NCBI GenBank assembly: GCA_020833025.1
Contig: JAJHRB010000019.1
Coordinates: 1 to 25,055 of the forward strand
Direction: 5' to 3'
Source of the DNA: Thermoproteaceae archaeon
Lineage (GTDB): Archaea > Thermoproteota > Thermoprotei > Thermoproteales > Thermoproteaceae
Length of the DNA: 25,055 nt
The stretch's first letter is position 1. The number at the start of each line of letters is the position of its first letter. This document shows, in pieces, positions 1 to 7,951 of this stretch. A program made the translations under genes and the position numbers. The notes under the pieces were generated by a model. That model was not told the origin of the DNA. It saw only the letters and a list, made by a program, of their open reading frames with translations, and did not search any database.

Positions 1-342
1 GTGGTGCGGGCCGTGCGGGAGAGGGCAAAGGCGGAGTTCCCCGAGCTCTCGGCGCTGGAGATAGCGCCGCCCAGGCCTGAGGCCGGCGCCGTGAGGCCCG
101 TGGTTGAGGAGACGAGACCCGCCGGGGTGCCGCCGGCCCCCCCTCCGCCGCCTCCCAGCCCGCCGCTGGCGCTGCCGCCGGCCCTGCCGGCGCCCCGCGT
201 CAAGATTGTCCTTGGGAGGCCGGGCAACTGCAACGACTGCGCCTACTACGGCCCGCTGACCTCACGCTGCCTCCTCCACGGCTTTGCCGTGACTGACGCA
301 GCGTCGCCTCCCTGCAGGCAGTATGCTAGAGGTGGAGGTTAA
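1..342 (+). CDS. Hypothetical protein, C-terminal part (truncated by window start); Pro-rich linker followed by a 4-Cys domain
   Basis: Open frame from base 1 to TAG 340-342. PPAPPPPPPSPPLALPPALPAP linker, then CNDC..RC..PPC. Overlaps the cyaB start by 20 nt. Confidence 0.7.
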   Translation: MVRAVRERAKAEFPELSALEIAPPRPEAGAVRPVVEETRPAGVPPAPPPPPPSPPLALPPALPAPRVKIVLGRPGNCNDCAYYGPLTSRCLLHGFAVTDAASPPCRQYARGGG

Positions 343-859
343 GTACAGGGCAAGCCACGCGCAGCTCAGGGAGAGGCTGGGGCTCCTCGGCTTCTCGCCC
401 GCTGGCCTCGCCGAGGAGGAGGACGTCTACTTCCAGCACCCCTGCAGGGACTTCGCCGCGACTGACGAGGCGCTGAGGCTCAGGATTTCCGGGGGCAGGG
501 CGGAGCTGACGTACAAGGGGCCGAGGGCCGGCGCGGGGGCCAAGACGAGGCTTGAGGTGTCGGTCGCGGTGTCAGGCGACGCCGCGCTGCTGCTGAGGAG
601 CCTGGGATTTGCCGAGGTCGCGAGAGTGAGAAAGAGGCGCGAGATCTACAAGAGGGGCAGCGTGACGGTGTATCTCGACCTGGTCGAGGGGCTGGGGGAG
701 TTCGTCGAGGTGGAGACTCTCGCCGGCAGCGGGAGCGACGCCGCGAGAGCCGCCGGGGAGCTGAGGAGGCTCGCCGGGGAGCTCGGGCTCCGGGAGGAGG
801 TGGGGGAGACGTACCTCGAGCTCCTGCTGAGAGGCGCGCCGGCCGGCAAACGCTTATAA
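323..859 (+). CDS. cyaB: Class IV adenylate cyclase (CYTH domain)
   Basis: N-terminal ExExK (LEVEVKY), [46 protein letters not shown]. Confidence 0.93.
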   Translation: MLEVEVKYRASHAQLRERLGLLGFSPAGLAEEEDVYFQHPCRDFAATDEALRLRISGGRAELTYKGPRAGAGAKTRLEVSVAVSGDAALLLRSLGFAEVARVRKRREIYKRGSVTVYLDLVEGLGEFVEVETLAGSGSDAARAAGELRRLAGELGLREEVGETYLELLLRGAPAGKRL

Positions 860-879
860 GCGCCGGCGGCGGCGCGCGC

Positions 880-2637
880 GTGCTCTTCGGCGAGCTAGTA
901 AAGGCCCTGGCCGCGATAGAGTCAACGACGCAGAGGACGGTAATGGTGAAGATACTCGTCTCGCTGCTCAAGAAGGCAGGGCCGGGAGAGGTGGACAGGG
1001 TTGTTTACTTCATTCTCGGCGACTTGAGGCCTCCCTGGGAGGGCGTCGAGCTGGGCGTGGCCGAGAAGCTGTGCCTCAGGGCGCTCTCGAAGGCCACCGG
1101 CGCCTCCGTCAGGGATCTCGAGGCGCTGTACAAGAGGACAGGCGACGTGGGCGAGGCCGCGAGGAGGGCGGCCGCGCAGTCAAAGCGCCCGGGGCTCCTG
1201 GCGCTCGCGCAGCAGAGGCCGCTGGAGGTCTCCGACGTCTACGACACGCTCCTCAAGGTTGCGCGGGCGGCGGGAGAGGGCGCGCAGGACATGAAGGTCT
1301 CGCTCCTCGCCTCGCTCTTCGCCAGGGCGTCGCCTGACGAGGCAAAGTACATAGCGCGGTTCGTCGTGGGGAAGCTGAGGCTCGGCGTTGCGGACATGAC
1401 AATAATCGAGGCGCTATCCGAGGCATTTGGCGTCAGCAAGGAGGCGCTGGAGAGGGCGTACAGAGTCAGGCCCGACATGGGCTACCTGGCGAGGCACGTG
1501 GCGGAGAGGAGGCCGCTAGAGGATGTCAAGATAGCTCCCGGCACGCCGATCCTTCCCATGCTCGCCCAGAGGCTCTCGTCGCCCTCGGAAATCCTGTCGA
1601 AGCTCGGCGGGGCCGCCGTGTGCGAGTACAAGTACGACGGGGAGAGGGCGCAGATCCACATCGGGGGCGGTCTCGTCAAGGTGTTCAGCAGGAGGCTCGA
1701 GGACATCACCCACGCGTATCCCGACGTCGTGAAGGCAGTCAGGGAGGCCGTGACGGCCTCGGAGGCCGTGCTGGAGGGCGAGATCGTGGCGGTGGACCCC
1801 GACACTGGAGACATGCTCCCGTTCCAGGAGCTGATGCACAGGAAGAGGAAGCACGAAGTCGCGGCGGCAATGGAGACGTACCCCGTCGTGCTCTACCTCT
1901 TCGACGTGCTTTACGTCAACGGGAGGGACCTCACGTCGGAGCCCCTGATTTACAGGCGCGTGGCTCTCTCCGAGATTGCCAGAGAGACGGAGAAAGTCCA
2001 GATAGCAAAGTGGCGGGTCTTCGACGGCCCCGACGGCATTGACACGTTCTTCCACGAGGCCATCTCTCTGGGCGCAGAGGGCCTAATATGCAAGTCCCCC
2101 GCGTCGGCCTACGAGATGGGGGCCAGGGGGTGGAACTGGATAAAGTACAAGAGGGACTACAAGAGCGAGATGATAGACACCGTCGACCTGACAGTCGTCG
2201 GTGCGTTCTACGGCAGGGGCAAGCGGGCGGGTCTCTACGGCGCGTTCCTCATGGCGGCGTACGACCCCGGGACTGACGCGTTCTACACGGTGTGCAAGGT
2301 TGGCAGCGGGTTCACCGACGCCGACTTGAAGAAGCTCTACGACGCGCTCCAGCCGTACAGGATACCACACAGACACCCGAGAGTCGTCTCGAAGATGGAG
2401 GCCGACGTCTGGTTCGCGCCCCGCGTCGTTCTCGAGATAATTGGCGCCGAGATAACGCTGTCGCCGCTGCACACGTGCTGCCTGGGCGCGGTGAGGCCCG
2501 GGGTCGGGCTGGCAATACGCTTCCCCAGGTTCACCGGCAGGTACAGGACGGACAAGTCGCCGGAGCAGGCAACGACGCCCGCCGAGATGCTCGAGCTGTA
2601 CAGGAGGCAGAAGAAGGTCGCGGCTCAGGCGGAGTAG
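880..2637 (+). CDS. lig: ATP-dependent DNA ligase
   Basis: 585 aa. Motif [43 protein letters not shown]-fold CKVGSGF and [11 protein letters not shown]-like CTTATAAG at 852-859. Confidence 0.97.
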   Translation: MLFGELVKALAAIESTTQRTVMVKILVSLLKKAGPGEVDRVVYFILGDLRPPWEGVELGVAEKLCLRALSKATGASVRDLEALYKRTGDVGEAARRAAAQSKRPGLLALAQQRPLEVSDVYDTLLKVARAAGEGAQDMKVSLLASLFARASPDEAKYIARFVVGKLRLGVADMTIIEALSEAFGVSKEALERAYRVRPDMGYLARHVAERRPLEDVKIAPGTPILPMLAQRLSSPSEILSKLGGAAVCEYKYDGERAQIHIGGGLVKVFSRRLEDITHAYPDVVKAVREAVTASEAVLEGEIVAVDPDTGDMLPFQELMHRKRKHEVAAAMETYPVVLYLFDVLYVNGRDLTSEPLIYRRVALSEIARETEKVQIAKWRVFDGPDGIDTFFHEAISLGAEGLICKSPASAYEMGARGWNWIKYKRDYKSEMIDTVDLTVVGAFYGRGKRAGLYGAFLMAAYDPGTDAFYTVCKVGSGFTDADLKKLYDALQPYRIPHRHPRVVSKMEADVWFAPRVVLEIIGAEITLSPLHTCCLGAVRPGVGLAIRFPRFTGRYRTDKSPEQATTPAEMLELYRRQKKVAAQAE

Positions 2638-3149
2638 ACCTTCTCGAGGGTCCACCTCAAGACGCGCAGTATCTCCCTCTTCCTCTCCTCGGTCCTGTAG
2701 TTGTACAGCCTCATGCCCACGACGCCGCCCTCTCCCTCCTCCAGCTCGTACCTCAGGACCTCCTCCTGCCTCAGGGAGCCCTGCCTGACAGCCTCCGCGT
2801 CCTCGCTCCTGTACTTCTGCAGGAACTTGTCGAGGAAGAACCTCTTGAAGAGGCCGTCCAGCCTGACCGGCCTGGCGAACTTTATGTGCAAGCGGTCGCC
2901 GTACACCTCGACAGTGGCGTAGACCTCGCCGCCCCTCCCCCTAACCTCCTCGACTGCCTCGGGCCCCTCCCGCGCGGCCGCAGCCTGCGCCGCGGTGGAG
3001 AACGAGCCCTCGCCTATTGCCTTGTCTAGGACGCTCAGCATCGCGCTGTAGAGCTCGAGCTCCCGCTGCAGCTGGGCGACCCTCTCCTGCAAGGCCTTGC
3101 GCAGCTCCAGCAGGCGCTGCACGTCCACGAGGCAGCGCGCCTCCCTCAT
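2625..3149 (-). CDS. Hypothetical protein with N-terminal coiled coil
   Basis: 174 aa ATG ORF filling the gap between lig and pfkB. Heptad-like [22 protein letters not shown]. Overlaps the lig stop convergently. Confidence 0.75.
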   Translation of the reverse strand: MREARCLVDVQRLLELRKALQERVAQLQRELELYSAMLSVLDKAIGEGSFSTAAQAAAAREGPEAVEEVRGRGGEVYATVEVYGDRLHIKFARPVRLDGLFKRFFLDKFLQKYRSEDAEAVRQGSLRQEEVLRYELEEGEGGVVGMRLYNYRTEERKREILRVLRWTLEKVYSA

Positions 3150-3176
3150 TTAAAGTCTTGGCCTGGGAGCCGGCAC

Positions 3177-4100
3177 GTGCTAGTGGTGTCCGTGGGGAAC
3201 CTCAACTTCGATATATACCTCAGGGCCGGCGGCATTCCGGGGCCCGACGAGCGCGTCGAGGCGCTCGAGCTCTACACCGGCGGGGGAGGCTCCGCGGCGA
3301 ACTTCGCGCTCGCCATTGCGAGAATGGGCCTCAGGGCGAGGTTCATAGGCGCGGTCGGGGACGACCCGCTGGGGGAGATGTCCCTCATGGAGCTTGCCGC
3401 GGGGGGCGTTGACGTGTCCCGCGTCAAGAGAGTCCACGGAGTCCCGTCGGGCATCGTCGTCGTGATAGTCGACGAGAGCGGAGTCAAGAGAATGCTCGCC
3501 TACAGGGGCGCGAACGCGCTGCTGGCCCCCGAGGACCTGACGCCGGAGAAGTTCGAGGGGGCGCGTCACGTCCACGTGGCCACGGGGAGGGTCGAGATTA
3601 TCAAGAGGGCGGGCGGGCTCGCGAGGGAGGCCGGCGCCTCGCTGTCAGTTGACGGCGGGATGGCTCTTGCCGGGCGCGGGCTGGAGCGGCTGAGAGAGGC
3701 CCTCGGCGGCGCGGACGTCGCGTTCTTCAACTACGCCGAGGCGAGAGCGGCGACGGGCCTCGACGACCCAGAGCGCATTGTCGAGGCGCTCTCGGCGGGG
3801 CTGCGCGTGGGCGAGGTCGTGGTGACGCTCGGCGCGGGCGGCGCAATAGCGTCAGACGGGAGGAGGACAGTGCGCGTGCCTGCCATCAGGGCGGCGGCTG
3901 TCGACACGACGGGAGCCGGCGACAGCTTCGCAGCTGCGTACGTGGCGGCGCTGCTCAGAGGCGCAGACATGCGCGAGAGGCTCGCGTTCGCGAGCGCGGC
4001 CGCGGCAATAAAGGTGTCGAGGCGCGGGGCCCGCTCGTCTCCCAGCTACGACGAGGTGGTCTCGCTCTTGAGGTCCCTCGGCTACACTGCAAAAATTTAA
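3177..4100 (+). CDS. PfkB/ribokinase-family carbohydrate kinase
   Basis: GGGSAANFA, FIGAVGDDPLG, VVVTLGAGG, and the PfkB signature DTTGAGDSFAA. Confidence 0.93.
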   Translation: MLVVSVGNLNFDIYLRAGGIPGPDERVEALELYTGGGGSAANFALAIARMGLRARFIGAVGDDPLGEMSLMELAAGGVDVSRVKRVHGVPSGIVVVIVDESGVKRMLAYRGANALLAPEDLTPEKFEGARHVHVATGRVEIIKRAGGLAREAGASLSVDGGMALAGRGLERLREALGGADVAFFNYAEARAATGLDDPERIVEALSAGLRVGEVVVTLGAGGAIASDGRRTVRVPAIRAAAVDTTGAGDSFAAAYVAALLRGADMRERLAFASAAAAIKVSRRGARSSPSYDEVVSLLRSLGYTAKI

Positions 4101-4117
4101 AGCGCGCGCGCGCCAGA

Positions 4118-4459
4118 GTGACAGTGGCGCAGCTCAGGCAGTGCGCAGGGCCCAGGTGCGTTCTCGGCCCCAACAGCACGTCGCTCTTCAGGTGCGGCAA
4201 GAGGTCTCTCAAGCCTGTCGTGCGCGGGAGCAGGATCCTGTTCTGGTGCGCGTGGCTCAACGACGAGTGCATTGGCGTCAAGTGCCAGTTCGCGTACTGC
4301 GAGGCCAGGTCCATGACGCCGGAGGGGCTCTGCGCGCGCCTGGCCGAGGGAGGCCGGGCGCGCGAGGTCGACATAGTCGAGGAGGCAAAGAAGCTGGAGA
4401 GGGAGGACGAGAAGCTGAGGGCGCACCTGAAGAGAATAGGCCTCGGCGACTACCTGTGA
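4118..4459 (+). CDS. Small Cys-rich hypothetical protein (probable metal binding)
   Basis: 113 aa with 8 Cys (CAGPRC, FRC, WC, ECIGVKCQFAYC, GLC) and a charged helical tail. TATA-like TTTAAA at 4096-4101. GTGA overlap with the next gene. Confidence 0.75.
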   Translation: MTVAQLRQCAGPRCVLGPNSTSLFRCGKRSLKPVVRGSRILFWCAWLNDECIGVKCQFAYCEARSMTPEGLCARLAEGGRAREVDIVEEAKKLEREDEKLRAHLKRIGLGDYL

Positions 4460-5133
4460 GGGCGGTAGTGCTCGCGGCAGGACTGGGGACGCGCCTCAGG
4501 CCCCTCACTTACTTCGCCCCGAAGGCCCTGGTCCCGGTCGGCGGGATTCCCATGGTGACGCGCGTCATCGAGTGGCTCCGGCTCAACGGCATTAAGGACG
4601 TAGCCGTGGTCGGGTACTATATGCAGAGCCTCCTCGAGAGGTACCTCGCCGAGCGCCACCCCGACGTCGCCTTCCTGAAGTCCAGGAGGCTTCTCGGCAC
4701 GGCGGGGCAGCTCTACTACGCGAGGGAGTGGGCAGACGGCAGCGTCGTGGTGGTGAACACCGACGTGCTCACGAACCTGGACTTGAGAGCCCCGGCGGAG
4801 CTCCACGAGAGGGCCGGCGCGCTCATGACAATAGTCGCGCAGCGCGTGGAGTCGCGGCTGCGCTTCGGCGTGCTGAGCCTCAGCGGGAGCGCGCTCGCGC
4901 GGTGGAGCGAGAAGCCGTCTTTTGAGTACGTCACGTCTGCCGGCGTGTACATAATGTCGGGCGACGTGATCCGGAGGCTGGAGGAGAGATATCTCGACAT
5001 GGACGCGCTTGCGAACTCGCTGGCCCCGAGAGTGGCCGTTTACGTGGCGAGAGAGGCCTTTTTCTACGATGTCGGCACGCCCGAGGACCTCCAGAGGGCG
5101 CGGGACGTGGCGGTGCCCCCTCTCAAGCCCTGA
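4456..5133 (+). CDS. NDP-sugar pyrophosphorylase / nucleotidyltransferase family protein
   Basis: Start reassigned to GTG 4456 (GTGA overlap). RAVVLAAGLGTRLRPLTYFAPKALVPVGG, LGTAG, VNTDVL, FYDVGTPEDL. Confidence 0.9.
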   Translation: MRAVVLAAGLGTRLRPLTYFAPKALVPVGGIPMVTRVIEWLRLNGIKDVAVVGYYMQSLLERYLAERHPDVAFLKSRRLLGTAGQLYYAREWADGSVVVVNTDVLTNLDLRAPAELHERAGALMTIVAQRVESRLRFGVLSLSGSALARWSEKPSFEYVTSAGVYIMSGDVIRRLEERYLDMDALANSLAPRVAVYVAREAFFYDVGTPEDLQRARDVAVPPLKP

Positions 5134-5182
5134 GCGCCGCACGCGGCTGCAATGGATATATACCTCGCCGCCACTCGTACAA

Positions 5183-5911
5183 GTGAGCGTCTGCCCGGCT
5201 CTCAAGCGGCGCGAGTCAGGCTTTGAGTGCGCGCACAGCGGCAAGCCGATCAACCCGTTCAGCTGGTACTGCATAGGCGGATACATCGAGTGCCCCGCGT
5301 ACGTGAGGGCCGCCAGAGCCGCGCAGGCGGCCCCGCCGCAGCAGCCCCCGGCGCAGAGCGCCGCGGAGTCTCAAGTCGTCCCGCTGCAGCAGGAGAGGGC
5401 AGAGGCGGCGGAGCCCGAGAAGGCAATAAGGCCAGCCGTGGACAACGTGATTCTCAAGTACGACGAGCTGATAAAGAGGCTGGACGGCATGTGGAAGGAG
5501 TACGAGAGCGGGGTCGTCGAGGCGAAGAGGCGCTGGGAGGTCGAGAAGCTGTCGCTCCTCCGGGCCAGGGACCTCCTCAGCAAGACTGTGCGCGATTACG
5601 AGAGGGCGCTGGCAGAGCTTGAGCTCAAGAGGGATCTAGTGCCCGCCGAGACGTACGAGGGAATAAAGAAGGACCTGGAGTCCAGGCTTGGCTCGGTGAA
5701 AGGCCTCCTGGACGAGGTGGACGCGAGAATTGCAGCGCTCGAGGACGGCCTCAACGCGCACTTCAAGAGAGTGCTGTCAACGTCGTCAAGCGCGGAGGTC
5801 GTGTCGCTGAAGCTCTCGCTTGCCAGGCTCGACGAGCTGCTCAAGGAGGGCAAGATATCTCACGAGACATATGAAAGGCTTAAAAAGGAGCTAGAGGCGC
5901 TCCTCAAGTGA
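5183..5911 (+). CDS. Coiled-coil protein with N-terminal Cys4 motif and CdvA-like/SHOCT-like repeats
   Basis: Start reassigned to GTG 5183. C..C..C..C segment (CPALK..FECAH..WYCIGGYIECPAY), Ala/Gln linker, long helices with ELELKRDLVPAETY and LDELLKEGKISHETYERLKKEL. Confidence 0.75.
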   Translation: MSVCPALKRRESGFECAHSGKPINPFSWYCIGGYIECPAYVRAARAAQAAPPQQPPAQSAAESQVVPLQQERAEAAEPEKAIRPAVDNVILKYDELIKRLDGMWKEYESGVVEAKRRWEVEKLSLLRARDLLSKTVRDYERALAELELKRDLVPAETYEGIKKDLESRLGSVKGLLDEVDARIAALEDGLNAHFKRVLSTSSSAEVVSLKLSLARLDELLKEGKISHETYERLKKELEALLK

Positions 5912-6462
5912 GTCTTGACATTGCGTCGACTGCGCTCGGCGAGCTAGAGAAGCTCCTGTCGCAGTACGACGAGAAGCTGAGAGGCGCGGAGGACGTCTGG
6001 AGGGCCTTTGTGGACTCGGCGCTTAAGATCAAGTCGAGCTGGGACGCCGACGCCTCAAAGATCAGGACCTGTGTGAGCCAGATCAAGGGCGTGATTGAGA
6101 GCCTCTCGCGCGAGCTGGAGTTTCTGCTCGCCAAGAGGGAGCTCGGGCTCGTACCAGAGAAGGAGTACAACGAGCTCTCCGCAGAGCTGCAGAAGAGGCA
6201 GAGCGAGTACAGCGAGAGGCTGCACGCGCTGCTCCAGAAGCTGGAGGACGTCGAGAGCCGCGTGATTTACCTCTGGGCGCGCGCGCTCACGAGAGAGTAC
6301 CTGTCGAGGCTGGATCTCGTGCAGTTCGAGAAGCGCGCAGAGGACTCAAAGGCCGCCGAGAGAATAGACGAGGAAACTTACGCGAAGATAAAGCGTGAGA
6401 TTGCCATAATGAAGCAGGTGTGGGAGCTGCTGAGCCTACTCCCCGCCCCCAGCAAGGCCTGA
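5908..6462 (+). CDS. Coiled-coil protein, apparent paralog of the upstream gene (CdvA-like coiled coil)
   Basis: GTGA overlap. All-helical 184 aa with LEFLLAKRELGLVPEKEYNEL and ERIDEETYAKIKREI motifs. Confidence 0.75.
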   Translation: MSLDIASTALGELEKLLSQYDEKLRGAEDVWRAFVDSALKIKSSWDADASKIRTCVSQIKGVIESLSRELEFLLAKRELGLVPEKEYNELSAELQKRQSEYSERLHALLQKLEDVESRVIYLWARALTREYLSRLDLVQFEKRAEDSKAAERIDEETYAKIKREIAIMKQVWELLSLLPAPSKA

Positions 6463-6639
6463 CGCGCGCGTGCCCGCCCTCCAGTACTCGCCGTCTACCA
6501 GCGCCGCGCCCTAGGGGCTTGACTCCCCGACTGCAACTCTCCCTGCCCTCGAGATGGCTGAAACGTCCCGCCCGCTCCCTGACGGCCCCGGCGCCACCGC
6601 GAGGCGGGACGCATAAACTGCGCGCCTGCTGTTTTATGT

Positions 6640-7701
6640 ATGCCGGTGGTTGAGGTGCCTGAGGGCTACACGGCGCTGGTCAAGGGCCCCTCGCGCGTCA
6701 AGTGCCCCGGCGGCTGTAGGGTGTTCGGCGGGGTTTTTCACGGCTTTGAAGTACCGCCCCACAAGCAGTACCCGGTGGAGGGGCCCGCGTCAATCGTGCT
6801 TGAGAGCGGCGCGGTCGAGTTTGTGAGGGGCTCCACCATACCGCCGGACTGGCGCGTGGAGCTGGAGGGAGTAGTGGCGCTCGCCGGGCCTGTTGATTCT
6901 GGCAAGAGCAGCCTCTCGACATATCTCGTGAACTTGCACGCCGGAGCCGGCAAGAGGGCGTGCGTAATAGACGCAGACGTGGGCCAGTCAGACATCGGGC
7001 CTCCCGGCTTCGTGACGCTCAGTTGCACTTCGGCGCCCGTGCCCCACATCTCCGAGCTTGAGCCGCAGGACGGCTACTACGTCGGGTCGGCGAGCCCGCA
7101 TGGAGTCGAGGAGCTGCTCACTGCCGGCGTTGTGCAGTGCCTGAGGCGGGCAGCGGCGCAGCACCCCCACCTCGTGGTGATAAACACGCCGGGCTGGGTC
7201 ACTGGGCGCGGGCTCCAGCTCCTCCGCGCGCTGGTTGACGCGACGGGAGCCAGGGTGATCAGCATCGGCGGGGCGTTGCTGCGCGGCATCACTGTCTCCA
7301 GGCCGCAGCATGTGCTGCCGCGGGGCCTACATGACAGGAGAGAGCTGAGGAACTACGCCTACAGGCGCCACCTCAAGCTCGCGCTCGCTGCGGAGGCGGA
7401 CCACAGCGCCCTCACGCTGTGCGAGTGGCGCGGAGCGCTTGAATGCCCCTGGGGGACTTACGCCGCGGCTGACGTGAGCGAGCCGCAGAGGCGCGGGCGC
7501 GAGCGCGTCGTGCCGCGGCACTACTTGCGGTACCTGCTGGCGGCACTGTACAAGGAGGAGAGGCTCGCGGGCTACGGCATTGTGGAGAGGCTCGAGCCGA
7601 GAGTCGCGCTCCGCGCGACCACTGCCGACTTTGACGAGGTCAGAGTGGGGAGGATAAGGGTCGACCCCCAGAGTCTCGAGGAGCTCGAGCCGCTGCCGTA
7701 A
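6640..7701 (+). CDS. Clp1/Grc3/Nol9-family polynucleotide 5'-hydroxyl kinase
   Basis: Walker A GPVDSGKS, family motif IDADVGQSDIGPPG, INTPGWV, and R..LR..AY lid segment. Confidence 0.9.
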   Translation: MPVVEVPEGYTALVKGPSRVKCPGGCRVFGGVFHGFEVPPHKQYPVEGPASIVLESGAVEFVRGSTIPPDWRVELEGVVALAGPVDSGKSSLSTYLVNLHAGAGKRACVIDADVGQSDIGPPGFVTLSCTSAPVPHISELEPQDGYYVGSASPHGVEELLTAGVVQCLRRAAAQHPHLVVINTPGWVTGRGLQLLRALVDATGARVISIGGALLRGITVSRPQHVLPRGLHDRRELRNYAYRRHLKLALAAEADHSALTLCEWRGALECPWGTYAAADVSEPQRRGRERVVPRHYLRYLLAALYKEERLAGYGIVERLEPRVALRATTADFDEVRVGRIRVDPQSLEELEPLP

Positions 7702-7720
7702 TGCCGGCGCCTGGCAAAAG

Positions 7721-7856
7721 TGGCGGGCCCGGTGGGATTTGAACCCACGACGTCCGCCCGCCCAGCGGCCTACGGCTCCGCAGGCTCGGCGTTGCGGCCC
7801 GCGGGGCCCCGCGGGCCGCTCCCTCCGCCGCTCCATCCAGGCTGAGCTACGGGCCC
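7721..7856 (-). tRNA. tRNA-Arg(GCG) with two non-canonical introns and encoded CCA
   Basis: Reverse strand: acceptor GGGCCCG/CGGGCCC-G-CCA, D arm GCTC-AGCCTGGATG-GAGC, T arm GTGGG-TTCAAAT-CCCAC. Removing 40 nt (about 7786-7825) and 18 nt (about 7752-7769) restores GCGGC-CT-GCG-GA-GCCGT and variable loop AGGTC, giving a 78-nt tRNA. Anticodon at 7779-7781. Confidence 0.9.
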
Positions 7857-7874
7857 TGTCCGCATCCGGAGCCA

Positions 7875-7884
7875 ATTTTTTAAT
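7875..7884 (-). promoter_or_regulatory. Putative TATA box of the tRNA-Arg gene
   Basis: ATTAAAAAAT on the minus strand about 20-28 nt upstream of the tRNA 5' end, in otherwise GC-rich DNA. Confidence 0.55.
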
Positions 7885-7951
7885 GTTCGCGGCGGCCGTT
7901 GATGAGTTCCGCGCCCATGGCGCGCGAGAAATCCGCCGGGCCGGAGGCCGC

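Noticed and set aside
121-197. CCG-rich low-complexity tract as a DNA repeat element
   Set aside because: Fully explained by poly-proline coding.
4141-5182. Long N-terminal extensions of the NTP-transferase (from 4141) and the coiled-coil gene (from 5009)
   Set aside because: They overlap neighbouring genes. Family motifs begin at GTG 4456 and GTG 5183.
6470-6612. SRP RNA, RNase P RNA, 5S rRNA or a tRNA in the structured intergenic region
   Set aside because: The SRP helix-8 motif, RNase P GAGGAAAGUCC and a proper TTC T-loop are absent.
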